Origin: Mobula hypostoma
Taxonomy: Eukaryota
DNA length: 64,000 nucleotides
Assembly: GCF_963921235.1 (NCBI RefSeq)
Contig: NC_086097.1
Location: 200,572,001 to 200,636,000, forward strand
Direction: 5' to 3'
Part shown: positions 15,433-30,334 of the stretch, one piece after another
How the letters are laid out: each line of letters starts with the position of its first letter
Numbering within the stretch: the stretch's first letter is position 1
The notes under the pieces: generated by a model
The model's database searches: none
What the model was told of the DNA's origin: nothing
The model's input: only the letters and a program-made list of their open reading frames with translations
Made by a program: the position numbers and the translations under genes

Positions 15433-15706
15433 ATCCTTTGCCTTGTTGATTTCTCTTTAAAAGTAATTATCAGCCTACAAGGTTTATAGTAAAATCTTAG
15501 CAAAGATGGGCCATGTAAATTCCATGAAGAGGGAGAATAAAAATGCATAAAATCTATTATATGTAGCATAACTGCAACTTCTCATTTAACCTTTAACTGT
15601 CAGATAGATTTCTTAAGCAGCAAAGTGACATAGCATATTTCTCCAAACACACATCAAAGTTGCTGGTGAACGCAGCAGGCCAGGCAGCATCTCTAGGAAG
15701 AGGTGC

Positions 15707-15742
15707 AGTCAACGTTTCAGGCTGAGACCCTTCGTCAGGACT
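15707..15742 (-). ncRNA. Minimal type I hammerhead ribozyme motif (GUU site)
   Basis: AGUC-CUGACGA-AGG gucucag CCU-GAAAC-GUU-GACU. Confidence 0.75.
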
Positions 15743-16517
15743 AACTGAAGGAAGAGTGAGTAAGGGATTTGAAAGTTGGAGGGGGAAGGGGAGATCCAAA
15801 ATGATAGGAGAAGACAGGAGGGGGAGGGATGGAGCCAAGAGCTGGACAGGTGATAGGCAAAAGGGATACGAGAGGATCATGGGACAGGAGGTCCGGGAAG
15901 AAAGACAAGGAGGTGGGGGGGGGGGGACCCAGAGGATGGGCAAGGGGTATATTCAGAGGGAGAAAAAGGAGAGTGAGAGAAAGAATGTGTGTATAAAAAT
16001 AAGTAACAGATGGGGTACGAGGGGGAGGTGGGGCATTAGCGGAAGTTAGAGAAGTCGATGTTCACGCCATCAGGTTGGAGGCTACCCAGACGGAATATAA
16101 GGTGTTGTTCCTCCAACCTGAGTGTGGCTTCATCTTTACAGTACAGGAGGCCGTGGATAGACATGTCAGAATGGGAATGGGATGTGGAATTAAAATGTGT
16201 GGCCACTGGGAGATCCTGCTTTCTCTGGTGGACAGAGCGTAGGTGTTCAGCAAAGCGGTCTCCCAGTCTGCGTCGGGTCTCGCCAATATATAAAAGGCCA
16301 CATAGGGAGCACCGGACGCAGTATATCACCCCAGCCGACTCACAGGTGAAGTGTTGCCTCACCTGGAAGGACTGCTTGGGGCCCTGAATGGTGGTAAGGG
16401 AGGAAATGTAAGGGCATGTGTAGCACTTGTTCCACTTACATGGATAAGTGCCAGGAGGGAGATCAGTGGGGAGGGATGGGGGGCACGAATGATCTCCCTC
16501 CTGGCCATTCGTCAGTT

Positions 16518-16553
16518 AGTTCTGACGAAGGGTCTCGGCCTGAAACGTCGACT
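16518..16553 (+). ncRNA. Minimal type I hammerhead ribozyme motif (GUC site)
   Basis: AGUU-CUGACGA-AGG gucucgg CCU-GAAAC-GUC-GACU. Confidence 0.78.
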
Positions 16554-17065
16554 GTACCTCTTCCTAGAGATGCTGCCTGGCCTGCTGCGTTCACCAGCAA
16601 CTTTGATGTGTGTTGCTTGAATTTCCAGCATCTGCAGAATTCCTGTTGTTAGCATATTTCTCGAGATTTCTTTTCTTTGGGAGGTTAACAGAAGGAAATA
16701 AAGTGAACCTGAAAGCTGAAACAAAATGATTATGACTTTCTTTTGCCTGGGCACATATCTGCCGACATACCTAGGCAAGTGGTTGCACTCTCTGGGACCA
16801 CATGAGGTGGTATTTGCATTCAGAAGAGGTTTGAGTTGGGGAAAACTCAGGTGGTTATCTAAATTGAGAAAAAATGGCAAAAACATAACAGCTGCATAAT
16901 TACATGGTTTCCATTGAAACCTTTTATTTGCACTAGAATTGCAACTAAGCCCTTCTATTACTTGTATACCCACACATCCATTAACTGAAAAGCAAATATT
17001 AATTGCCATTTGCATTTTGTGTTCCTCACTGATGTATGCCAGCCCTGTAAAACGAACAGTATATA

Positions 17066-18664
17066 CAGTGCCTGTAAAAAGTATTCACCCCCCACACCCT
17101 GGAAGTTTTCATGTCTTATTGTTTTACCGAATTAGTTTTTGACACTGATCAACAGAAAAAAAAACTCTTTTGTGTCAAAGTGAAAACAGATCTCTACAAA
17201 CCGTTCTAAATTATTTATTAATATAAAACCCCGAATAATTGATTGCATAAGTATTCACCCACTTCAAGCTAATATTTAGTAGATGCACCTTTGGCAGCAA
17301 TTATGGCCTTGAGTCTGTGTGTTTAAGTCTCTATCAGCTTTGTACATCTGGACACTGCAATTTTTCCCCATTCTTCTTTGCAAAACTGCTCAAGTCTGTC
17401 AGTTTGCATTTTAAGTCCAGCCACAAATTCTCAATTGGAGTGAGATCTGGACTCTGACTTGGCCACTCCAGGATAACAACTTTGTTTTTGTTAAGCCATT
17501 CCTGTGTAGCTTTGGCTTTACGCTTCGGGTCATTGTCTTGCTGGAACACAAATCTTCTTCCAAGTTTCAGTTCTCTTGTGACAGCACCAGGTCTTCCTCT
17601 AGGATTTCCCTGTATTTTGCTGCGTTCATTTTACCCTCTGCCTTCACAAGCCTTCAAGGGTTTGTTGCAGTGAAGCAACCCCACAGCATGATGCAGCCTC
17701 CACCGTGCTTCACAGCAGGGATGGTGTGTTTTTGATGATGTGCAGTGTTTGGCTTATGCCAAACATAACATTTAATTTGATGGCCAAAAAGCTCACTCTT
17801 GGTTTCGACCATAGAATCTTCTTCCAGCTAACTTCAGAGTTTCTAAAATGCCTTCTGGCAAATCTTAGCCGAGATTTCAAGTGAGTTTCTTTTCCCCTAA
17901 CCGTGGTGTTCACTTTGCCACTCTCCCATAAAGCTGCGACTGGTGAAGCACCCAAGTAACGGTTGTTGTAAGCACAGACTCTCCCATCTCAGCCACTGAA
18001 GCTTGCAACTCCTCCGGCGTAGTCACAGGCCTCTTAGTAGCTCCCCTCACTAGACCCCCTTCTTGTTCAGTCACTTAGCTTTTGAAGACTGCCTGCTCCA
18101 GGTAGATTGACAGCCACGTCATATTCTTTCCATTGCTTAATGATTGACTTAACTATACTCTAAAGAATATTCAGTGACTTGGAAATTTTCTTGTATCCAT
18201 CTCCTAACTTGTGCTTTTCAATAACCTTTTTGCAGAGTTGCTTGGAGTGCTCCTTCGTCTTCATGATGTAGTTTTTGCCAGGATACTGACTCACCAGCAG
18301 TTGGACCTTCCAGATACAGGTGTATTTTGACTACAATCAATTGAAACAGCTTGACTGCACACAGGTCTCCAAAAACAGATCTCCATTTAACTAATTACGT
18401 GACTTCTAAAACCAACTGGCTGCACCAGTGATGACTTGGTGTGTCACATTAAAGGGGGGGGTGAACCCTTATGCAATCAATTGTTTTGCGTTTTATATTT
18501 GTAATTTAGATCTTTGTAGAGATCTGATTTCACTTAGACATGAAAGCGTTTTTCTGTTGATCAGTGTCAAAAAAAAGTCTTAATTAAATCCACTGTGATT
18601 CAATATTGTAAAACAATAAAACATGAAAATTTCCACAGGGGGTGATTACTTTTTATAGTCGCTG
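17066..18664 (-). mobile_element. Tc1-like DNA transposon, decayed
   Basis: TA-flanked; TIR CAGTGCCTGTAAAAAGTATTCACCCC with a degenerate right copy; FQQDNDPK...[15 protein letters not shown]. Confidence 0.9.
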
Positions 18665-19161
18665 TACTTGCAAATTATAAATGCTGCAAACATTTACTTT
18701 TCAACTACAATGTGCAACAGGTGTTCTTAAGGGATGGAAAACAGACAGAACCACCTATTTGTTCTTGGAAAACTTCCCCGATTCAAGATGATATTTAAAC
18801 TGAAAAAAAAATCACTCACTCAGCAAAAGATAACACGTAGATATGCCCCAAATTTGAAAGAAAACAAATTAACACCTCCATTTGAAAAAGAGATACTGAT
18901 TCTTATTCAGACAGGAAATTCTAAAATGATTTTTTTTATCCATTTGAAGTATGCAATCATTAATATTCCAAGCAGAATTTCAAAAAATCCATTTGTATTT
19001 TGAAAAGGCCATCGAGCATGGTACAGCAAATCAATAGATTTTCTTGTCATCTTAATAAATAAGTTTGAAAATTTTGCAGAAGTCTTATGGAGGAGATTGT
19101 TCTTATTAATTAAATAGCTGTTAGAAAATGCTAAGTGTTCACAAAGTGGCACCATGATATA

Positions 19162-19965
19162 CAGTGGATGCCAGTTACTTGGGACCAATCGGGACCAGTA
19201 CATTTTGGCCCAATTAAGCTGCTACCCCGATCAGCCGAAGTTTCACGTAAATAGGTCTAAAAAAGGCATTAAAAAAAAGAGGCATTGAGTAACATGTATT
19301 TAAATGAAATGCAGAACAAATTAGAATACTACCAATACTACTGCAGTATGATAAAACTGTATTAACACTTATCGATGGAGGAATCCATCCATATTGTGTT
19401 CTTTTGACTGGAATTGAGCAAAATCATGCAGATCTCTAGTATAGGTAATGGACTGCATTCATACAATGCTTTTGAGTGCATCCTCCAAATCTTCATTTTC
19501 AATGTAACATTCAAGATGACTGTCAATACTTTCAGATTCTTTGTAGCTCCTAACTTGCTGAAGCAGTGAAATCATTTAATTTTCACTCACAGCCACTTGT
19601 GACATCGCCAAGCATGAATGCTTGAAACTGCAGTGAGCAAAACAGTTCTGAATTGTGTTAATGCTTATTTCTCATCAACAATCAGTGACAAAAAAAAATG
19701 CTTTTTGAACACAAACACATGAAACTTACACTATTTAAAACTGTTCATTGGAAGCAGTGTTGTGTCTAATGGCCACACAAGTGCATATGACTGATGCCAG
19801 TTAAAAACTGGTCAGCAACAGTCTCCCGCCCCATTTAGTGGCATTGTGCCCCAAATAAACAAAGGGAATCCCAGCTATTTTCTCGATTAGTTTTGTTCTT
19901 TAAGAGCTGTCCTAAATAAGCAACTATCCCAATTAACGGAAGAACCAATTAACCGGTATCCACAG
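19162..19965. mobile_element. Non-autonomous pogo/Tigger-like TA-targeting element
   Basis: TA-CAGTGGATGCCAGTTACTTGG ... CCAATTAACCGGTATCCACAG-TA imperfect TIRs; no transposase ORF. Confidence 0.7.
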
Positions 19966-20144
19966 TATATCAACTTCTTTGTGCCTTGTAGAGATTAAAA
20001 CCTTCAAACAACATAACCATCATGATCTACAATTACAATAATTCTAAACTACATTTTTTCTAATCCTTCTATGTGTTGTGGTCAAATCTGAAGTCAGAGT
20101 GTCAAAATGCCACCTTACATAATGCACTTGATAATAATGTCTTA

Positions 20145-20315
<171 letters not shown>

Positions 20316-20979
20316 TCAATGCTATAATTAATAGATGCTAATGAAGCTAGTAAAAATGATCACATTCAATAAAATTGAAAAATCAGAATGACTTTCATGG
20401 AATAAAGAAAATTATCACACAGATTTGTCCATTTGTCCGCAATATTCATGCTGGCCACTTCTATTTATTCCCACTGACTAGCACTTGCATGCCATAATTC
20501 ACAATCCTATGTAAAATGTTTATGCTAGTCAATGTGTTATGCATTTCTGATTATGCCTCCAGTAGCCTCTCTCTCTCTTTCTGGATGAAGCAAATTTTCC
20601 TCAACTTTATACAAATTATCTTAAAATTTCTACCCTCTCATTTTACCACACTAAACTGCCAGACTACTTGTCTGGCTTTTAACATTGGATAAGCAGAGGT
20701 ATCTTTTAAGTGTTGGGTGGTCATTCCTTTTAATTCAATGCACTCCTTTCTCTAGCCATTGACTCCATTTCACTGTCGAAATACCCTCAGAACATACTAT
20801 TTACAGTCATAAAATAATACCCAAGCCCTTTTATGGGGCATCGCTGAGACTGCTTATTTCCATCTCTGTTACACAACCTAATTCAGCCCTCCTTTCTACT
20901 AGGCAAAATGACTAATGCATGCCCAGTTGACTCTCAATCCACTTTTCATAATCTAGAGATCAACCAAATTTTCTGTATA

Positions 20980-23900
20980 CTGCATATACAGAATAAGGTA
21001 GATGATCTTGTAGCGCAGTTAGAGATTGACAGGTATGACATTGTGGGCATCACTGAGTCATGGCTGAAGAAAGATCATAGTTGGGAGCTTAACAGCCAAA
21101 AATACACATTGTATCAAAAGGACAGGCAGGTAGGCAGAAGAGATGGGGAGCCTCTGTTGGTGAAAAATGAAATCAAATCCTTAGAACGAGATGACATAGG
21201 ATCAGAAAATACAGAGCCCTTGTAAGTAGAGTTAAGAGACTCCAACTGTAAAAGGACCCAGATGAGAGTTAGGTACAGGTTTTGAAACAGTACAAATTAC
21301 AATGGGAGATAGAAAAGGCATGTATAAAGGGCAATGTTACGATAGTCATGGGGGATTTCAATATGGGAGGTAGATTGGGAAAATCAAGTTGGTGCTGGAT
21401 CCCCAACAGAGGGAAACGGCTTTTTAAAGCAACTTGTGGTTGAGCCCACTGGATTGGATGTTGTGTAATGAACCAGATTTGATTAGGGAACATAACAAGG
21501 ACCCCTCAGGAGGTCGTGATCATAATTTGATAGAATTTACCCTGCAATTTGAGAGGGAGAAGCTAAAGTCAGATGTATCAGTATTACAGTGCAGTAAAAG
21601 GAATTACAAAGGCATGAGAGGAGCTGGCCCAAGTTGATATAGCAGAATAGAAATGGCTGGAGTTTCTGAGAGCAATTTGAAAGATGGTGCAGGATAGATA
21701 CATCCCAAAGTAGTATTCTGAAGAGAGGATGAAGTAACTGTGGCTGACAAGAGGAGTCAAGACAGCATAAAAGCAAAAGAGAGGGAATATAATATAGAAA
21801 AAATAGTGGGAACTTAGAAGATTGGGAGACTTTTAAAAAACAATAGAAGGCAACTAAAAAGTCACAAGGTAAGCTAACCAATAATATAAAAGAGGATACC
21901 AAAAAGTTCTTCAGATATATAAAGAGTAAAATAGAGTAGAAAGTGGATATCGAATCACTCGAAAATGACGCCAGAAAGTTAACAATAAGGAATAAAGTAA
22001 TCTGTGCCAGTTCTTACTGTGGAAGACACCAGCAGTATGCCAGAAATTCAAGAACTTCAGGGGCACAAATGAGTGTAGCTGCTATTACTAAGGAAAAAGT
22101 GTTCCAGATGCTGAAAGGTCTAAAGGTAGATAAATTACCTGGACCAGACAGACAACACCTCAGGGTTTTAAAAGATGTAGCTGAAGAAATTGTGGAAGCA
22201 GTAGTGTTGATCTTTCATGAATCACAAGATTCTGGAACAGTTCCAGAGGACTGACAAAATTGCAGATGTCACTCCACTCTTCAAGGGAGGGAGGCAGAAG
22301 AAAGTTAATGATATGTCAGTTAGCCTGACTTCAGTGGTTGGGAAGATGTTGGAATCCATTATGAAGGATGAGGTCTCAGGCACATGATAAAATAGGCTGA
22401 AGTTAGCATTGTTTCTTTAAAGAGAAATCTTGTCTAACAAATCTGTTGGAATTCATAGTCATACTTTATTGATCCTGAGGGAAACTGGTTTTCATTACAG
22501 TTGCACCTTAAATAATTAAATAGTGATAAAACCATAAATAATTAAATAGTAATATGTAAATTATGCCAGGAAATAAGTCCAGGACCAGCCTATTGGCTCA
22601 GGGTGTCTGACCCTCCAGGGGAGGAGTTGTAAAGTTTGACGGCCACAGGCAGGAATGACTTCCTATGACGCTCTGTGTTGCATCTCGGTGGTATGAGTCT
22701 CTGGCTGAATGTACTCCTGTGCCCAACCAGTCCATTATGTGGTGGATGGGAGACATTGTCCAAGATGGCATGCAACTTAGACAGCATCCTTTTTTCAGAC
22801 ACCACCGTCAGAGAGTCCAGTTCCATCCCCACAACATCACTGGCCTTACGAATGAGTTAGTTGATTCTGTTGGTGTCTGCTACCCTCAGCCTGCTGCCCC
22901 AGCACAAAGCAGCAAACATGATAGCACTGGCCACCACAGACTCGTAGAACATCCTCAGTATCATCCGACAGATGTTAAAGGACCTCAGTCTCCTCAGGAA
23001 ATAGAGACGGCTCTGACCCTTCTTGTAGACAGCCTCAGTGTTCTTTGACCAGTCCAGTTTATTGTCAACTCATATCCTCAGGTATTTGTAATCCTCCACC
23101 ATGTCCACATTGACCCCCTGGATGGAAACAGGGGTCACGGGTGCCTTCGCCCTCCTCAGGTTTACCACCAGCTCCTGAGTCTTTTTCACATTAAGCTGCA
23201 GATAATTCTGCTCACACCATGTGACAAAGTTTCCTACCGTAGCCCTGTACTCAGCTTCATCTCCCTTGCTGATGTATCCAACTATGGCAGAGTCATCCGA
23301 AAACTTCTGAAGATGACAAGACTCTGTGCAGTAGTTGAAGTCCAAGGTGTAAATGTTGAAGAGAAAGGGAGACAAGACAGTCCCCTGTGGAGCACCAGTG
23401 CTGCTGATCACTCTGTCGGACACACAGTGTTGCAAGCACACGTACTGTGGTCTGCCAGTCAGGTAATCAAGAATCCATGACACCAAGAAAGCATCCACCT
23501 GCATCGCTGTCAGCTTCTCCTCCAGCAGAGCAGGGCGGATGGTGTTGAACGCACTGGAGAAGTCAAAAAACATGACCCTCACAGTGCTTGCTGGCTTATC
23601 CAGGTGGGCACGGACACGGTTCAGCAGGTAGACGATGGCATCCTCAACTCCTAGTCAGGGCTGGTAGGCGAACTGGAGGGGATCTAAGTGTGGCCTAACC
23701 ATAGGCCGGAGCAGCTCCAAAACAAGTCTCTCCAGGGTCTTCATGATGCGGGAGGCCACCAGTCTATAGTCATTGAGGCCGCTGGGGCGCGGCGTCTTCG
23801 GCACAGGGACGAGGCAGGACGTCTTCCACAGCACAGGAACCCTCCGGAGCCTCAGGTTCAGGTTGAAGACATGGCGAAGTACTCCACATAGCTGAGGGGC

Positions 23901-25625
23901 ACAGGGTTTGAGCACCCTGGTACTGACACCATCCAGTCCTGCAGCCTTGCTTGGGTTGAGACGTTTCAGCTGTCTTCTCACCTGTTCAGCTGTGAAGCCC
24001 ACCGTTGTGGTTTCATGTGGGGAAAGGGTATAGTCATGAGAGCAGGGTGGGGGACTGTGAGGAGGGGTAGGAGGGGAGAGTGGAATATATGTTGGTTGCG
24101 GGCTGACAACAGAGGACTCATGTGGGGAATGGGCAGGGGCCACAATGTCAAATCTGTTAAAGAACAGGTTAAGTTCATTGGCCCTGTCCACACTGCCTTC
24201 AGCTCTTCTGTTGCTAGTTTGCCAGAACCCAGTGATGGTCCGCATCCCACTCCAGACCTCTCTCATGCTGTTCTGCTGGAGTTTCCACTCAAGCTTCCTC
24301 CTGTACATGTCTTTAGCCTCCCTGATCCTGGCTTTCAGGTCACTCTGTATTGCCCTCAGCTCCTCCCTATTTCCATCTCTAAACGCCCTCTTTTTAGCAT
24401 TCAGGATGTCCTTAATGTCCTTTGTTACCCATGGCTTGTTATTTGAATAACAAAGGACAGTTCTTGTCGGAACATTGCAGTCCACACAGAAGTTGATGTA
24501 ATCAGTGATGCACTCTGTGAGCCCATCAATATCCTCTCCATGTGGCTCACAGAGTGCCTGCCAGTCTGTCACCTCAAAGCAACCCTGGAGTGCCTCATAA
24601 ACCTCCTCAGACCATTTTCTCACTGTCCTCGAGGTTGCAGGTTTACTCTTCACCAGAGGCACGTAGCAGGGTTTTAGATGCACCAGGTTGTGATCTGAAC
24701 TTCCCAATGAGGGGAGGGGAGAGAAGCTGTATGCATCCGTAACGTTAGCATACAGCAAATCCAGAGTCCTCTCGCCTCTGGTTGTACAGCTCACATACTG
24801 CGTGAAGTCGGGCAGTGTTCTAGCCATGGTAACATGGCTGAAGTCACCCGAGATGGTAACGAGGGCACTCGGGTGCTGGCTTTGTAATCTGGCTATGACG
24901 GTGTAAATGATGTTACACGCCGACGTCGGGCTTTGAGGAATTAACAGGTAAGATAAACAAATTAAAGTCAGTGGATGTTGTTTACTTGGATTTTCAGAAG
25001 GCATTTGACAAGATGTCATACATGAGGCTACTAAACAAGAGCCCATGGTATTTCAGGAAAGATACTAACATAGAATATTGGCTGACTGGCAGGAAGCAAA
25101 GAGTGGGAATAAAGGGGGACTTTTCTGGTCGGTTGGTTGGCGGGTGTCTGCAGGGGTTAGTGTTGGCACTGCTTCTTTTCACATTAAATATCAATGACTT
25201 GGATGATCGAATTGATGGCTTTGTGGCCAGGTTTGCAGATGATCCAAAGATAGATGGAGGAACTGGTGGTGCTGAGGAAGCAAGGAGTCTGCAGAAGGAC
25301 TTAAATTAGGAGAATGGCCAAAAGTGGCAAATGGAATATAATGTTGGGATGTGTATGGTCATGCACTTTGGCAGAAGGAATAAAGGTATAGATTATTTCC
25401 TAAACGGAGAAAATCCTGAAATCAGAGGTGCAGAGGAGTCCTCGTGCAGTACTCTCTAACGGTTAACTTGCAAATTGAGTTGGTGGTAAGAAAGGCAAAT
25501 GCAATGTTAGTATTCATTATGAGAGGAATAGAACATAAAAGCCAGGATATAATGCTGAGGCATTATAAGGCATTGGGCAGATCACACTTGTGAGCATTGG
25601 GAGCAGTTCTGGGCTCCTTATCTAA
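20980..25625 (+). mobile_element. CR1 LINE, decayed, split by a Rex1/Babar insertion
   Basis: YDIVGITESWL endonuclease motif; DVVYLDFQKAFDK; FADD. Host sequence ggaattc|tttgagga rejoins across 22454/24931. Confidence 0.85.
22455..24930 (-). mobile_element. Rex1/Babar-type LINE, 5'-truncated
   Basis: GDF..., DLLYAN, SDH, NDYR, FFDFSSAFNTI, GAPQGTVLSPFLF, KFSDDSAI; AATAAA (22465-70) plus GACTAT-like tail. Confidence 0.9.
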
Positions 25626-26149
25626 ATTACAAAGTGGTTTGCCAGTCCATCAAAATGATTCATTCCTCTTTCTATGAGTAAGAGTTAGAATATTAGATAA
25701 TAGATAAGACAGACATTTCCCCGTAATTATTTAAAGATACATCAAAAACCTCCGAGTAATATTATTCAAAATCTAAAGATTTGGATACCTTTTAAACTAA
25801 TGCCATCATTCCTCTATTCCTGAAGGCATGTAATCTAAATACAATGGTCAAAACATCATTTGTGATTCATAGTTGTTAAGTACAACTAATAAAAAAGCTT
25901 TTCAAAAAAAATCCATAAATAAAGTACACATGTGCAATGTTAAATATTTACAGAGGCTGGTTACTTTGCTTCCATTTATAAACAAAAAAATAGCACACAA
26001 GTTAAAAATTACAAAATTATATTCAAAAATTATTCATCAATTAATACAAGCAAAGCTGTATTTTTTCTTCGAAGAATGAGTCACAGCTCATTTCTTATTT
26101 GAATTCTTCGAAGCATACACTCCTTTACAACTTTTCAAAACTATTATTA

Positions 26150-27376
<1,227 letters not shown>

Positions 27377-28106
27377 TTAAACCTTAATAGAACTTGAAAA
27401 TGTGTATTAACTTTCCTTTTTGTTTAATGATTCAGGAATATACTTCACATTTTCTGATACACTAAATAAAAAAAAAAATCAGTACCCACTTCATAGTATC
27501 TGATTGGGTCTATTTTCATTCAATTTGAAATTCCACAACTAGTCTCTACATCCACCATACATTTCCACAGACCATGAAAAGTTTACTTTCAGTACAAAAG
27601 TACAGAGACAAATAATATTCTACAATAGAATGTTAAATGTCAGTGAAGTAACATAGAGCAGGCAAAGTCACAGGTGGGTGGATCTATCTCGCCAATAAAA
27701 AGCAGATTTGAGAGCCTTAGAACATGAATTTTGTAAGGGAAAATAAAAGGGAAAGAGCAACAAAAGCTAGAACTCACTGAAGACAACAAAAATGAACCAG
27801 AATAGAAATGAGAAAGGAAAAAGGAGTACCAATATTTGGTAAGTAGCATCACACAGAACCCACAAATCTTTAACAAATAATTGCAAAATGATAAAGAAAC
27901 GGTCAGTTCAGGGCTAAAATAGTGATATAATGACATTAAGCACTAACACTTTCTATTAGTATTCTCCAAAGATTATTCTGCTGATATCTCAGTACGAGAT
28001 GAAATAAAACACTTATAAACTTGAGAGCTAGAAAATCACATAACCTAGATGATACATCCCAAGTAAAGAAACTGCCATGGGAAGCAGAATGATCATTAGC
28101 ACTGAT

Positions 28107-29483
28107 AATAGACAATAGGTGCAGGAGTAGGCCATTCGGCCCTTCAAGCCAGCACCGCCATTCACTGTGATCATGCCTGATCATCGACAATCAGTATCCA
28201 GTTCCTGCCTTATCCCCATAACCTTTGATTCTGCTACCTTTAAAAGCTCTATCCATCTCTTTCTTGAAAGCATCCAGAGACTTGGCCTCCACAGCCTTCT
28301 GGGGCAGAGCATTCCATATATCCACCACTCTCTGGGTGAAAAAGTTTTTCCTCAACTCTGTTCTAAATGGCCTACCCCTTATTCTTAAACCGTGGCCTCT
28401 GGTTCTGGACTCACCCATCAGCAGGAACATGCTTCCTGCCTCCAGCGTGTCCAATCCCTTAATAATCTTATATGTTTCAATAAGATCCCCTCTCAGCCTT
28501 CTAAATTCCAGAGTATACAAGCCCAGTCACTCCAATCTTTCGACATATGACAGTCCCGCCATCCCGGAAATTAACCTTGTGAGCCTATGCTGCACTCCTT
28601 CAATAGCAAGAATGACCTTTCTCAAATTTGGAGACCAAAACTGCACACAATACTCCAGGTGTGGTCTCATCACGGCCCTGTACAGCTGCAGAAGGACCTC
28701 TTTGCTCTTATACTCAATTCCCCTTGTTATGAAGGCCAGCATGCCATTAGCTTTCTTCACTGCCTGCTGTACTTGCATGCTTGCTTTCAGTGACTGATGT
28801 ACAAGAACACCTAGATCTCATTGTGCTTCCCCTTTTCCTAACTTGACTCCATTTAGATAATAATCTGCCTTCTTGTTCTTACCACCAAAGTGGATAACCT
28901 CACATTTATCCACATTAAACTGCATCTGCCAAGCATCTGCCCACTCACCCAGCCTGTCCAAGTCACCCTGCATTCTCATAACATCCTCCTCACATTTCAC
29001 ACTGCCTCCCAGCTTTGTGTCATCGGCAAATTTGCTAATGTTGCTTTTAATTCCCTTGTCTAAATCATTAATATATATTGTAAACAGCTGCGGTCCCAGC
29101 AAGAACCCTGCGGTACCCCACTGGTCACTGCCTGCCATTCCAAAAGGGACCCGTTAATCGCTACTCTTTGTTTTCTGTCAGCCAGCCAATTTTCAATCCA
29201 TGTCAGTACTCTGCCCCCAATACCATGTGCCCTAATTTTGCCCACTAATCTCCTATGTGGGACTTTATCAAAGGCTTTTTTAAAGTCTAGGTATACTACA
29301 TCCACTGGCTCTCCCTTGTCCATTTTCATAGTTACATCCTCAAAAAATTCCAGAAGATTAGTCAAGCACAATTTCCCCTTCATAAATCCATGCTGACTCG
29401 GACCAATCCTGTTACTGCCATCCAGATGTGTTGGAATTTCATCTTTTATAATTGACTCCAGCATCTTTCCCACCACCGACGTC
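28107..29483 (-). mobile_element. Young 5'-truncated CR1 LINE
   Basis: QHGFMKGK, YLDFKKAFDKVPH, KFADDTKL, RPHLEYCVQFWSP; 3' tail ...cctactcctgcacctattgtctatt. Confidence 0.92.
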
Positions 29484-30334
29484 CATCACCAATATTTAGT
29501 AAGTAGTAAGTCCACCACTGAATAGAGTGAGTGAACCTAGATTATCAAATCAATGGCAGGAGAAAGTGTTTGCTATCCCCAGATAATGAGATAACATAGT
29601 CAAGGTAGCAAAAACAGGAGCGGTTACAAGAAAGGCACAAGCAAACCCAGTGATTCCCATCTATCACCCCCCCACCCCCGCCACCAGCCTGCCTAATCTG
29701 TTTTGGCCACGTCAGATTCCAAATGCATACTTCAGACAGACATCTAATCTTTCCCTCTACCATTGCTGACAGGGCTCACAAAAACATCAGTTCCATTTTC
29801 CACACTTTATCTCTCACCTTTTACCTTCCCTTCCTCCAGTCACGACTACCTATGCAGTATACTTCAGCACCACCAATCTGTACATTCAACAAACCATCTA
29901 CAGCCATTTTTTCCCACTATCAAATACATCATTCTTTCCATCCCTCTATTTCTCAAAAACAATTTCCTACAATGAAATAAATGAGGAATGATAGAAAATA
30001 GGGAAGTTGTGGCGACCCACTTTCTGGCACCCACGAACCGGCTCACGAAATAGCGCGCGCAGGCAGAGGGCCGGCAGCAAAAAGGGCGCCAGGCCATCTT
30101 CACCAGCAGGGGGAAAATCCCGCGCGCAGAAAGGGTCTGGGAATATGCATTCCCCACAGTAGTCCCACCCAGGGAGGGCGGGAACGGGAAGGCTTTAAAG
30201 CGGGCCGCGGAGTTTGAATAAATCTCTTTCATCGCAACTCTAACTCACCGACTCCGTGTGGTTATTCTAGCGCTGTGTGTAGCACATCGCTACAATTGGT
30301 GACCCCGACGGCTCAAACGATATTTGGACCAGAG

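Larger units (their letters stand above)
15644..16650 (-). mobile_element. 5'-truncated Penelope-like element (GIY-YIG end plus pLTR) with an inverted partial pLTR
   Basis: ORF 16036-16362 has GVIYCVRCSLCGLLYIGET. Minus arm 15644-16490 matches 62579-63427; plus arm ~16513-16650 matches ~59822-59959. TSD (T)AGCATATTTCTC at 15631-15643 and 16650-16662. Confidence 0.93.

Noticed and set aside
15593..15943. Recurrent peptide PDEGSRPETSTAPLPRDAAWPAAFTSNFDVC in several ORFs (also 16416, 59731, 63234)
   Set aside because: Incidental translation of the PLE pLTR; 'PDEG..PET' is simply the hammerhead core read as codons.
27828..29506. ACCAATATTT(G/A)GTAAGTAG on both sides of the CR1 at 28.1-29.5 kb as a TSD
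   Set aside because: The left copy is ~260 bp from the CR1 end and mismatched, so it is not a valid TSD.
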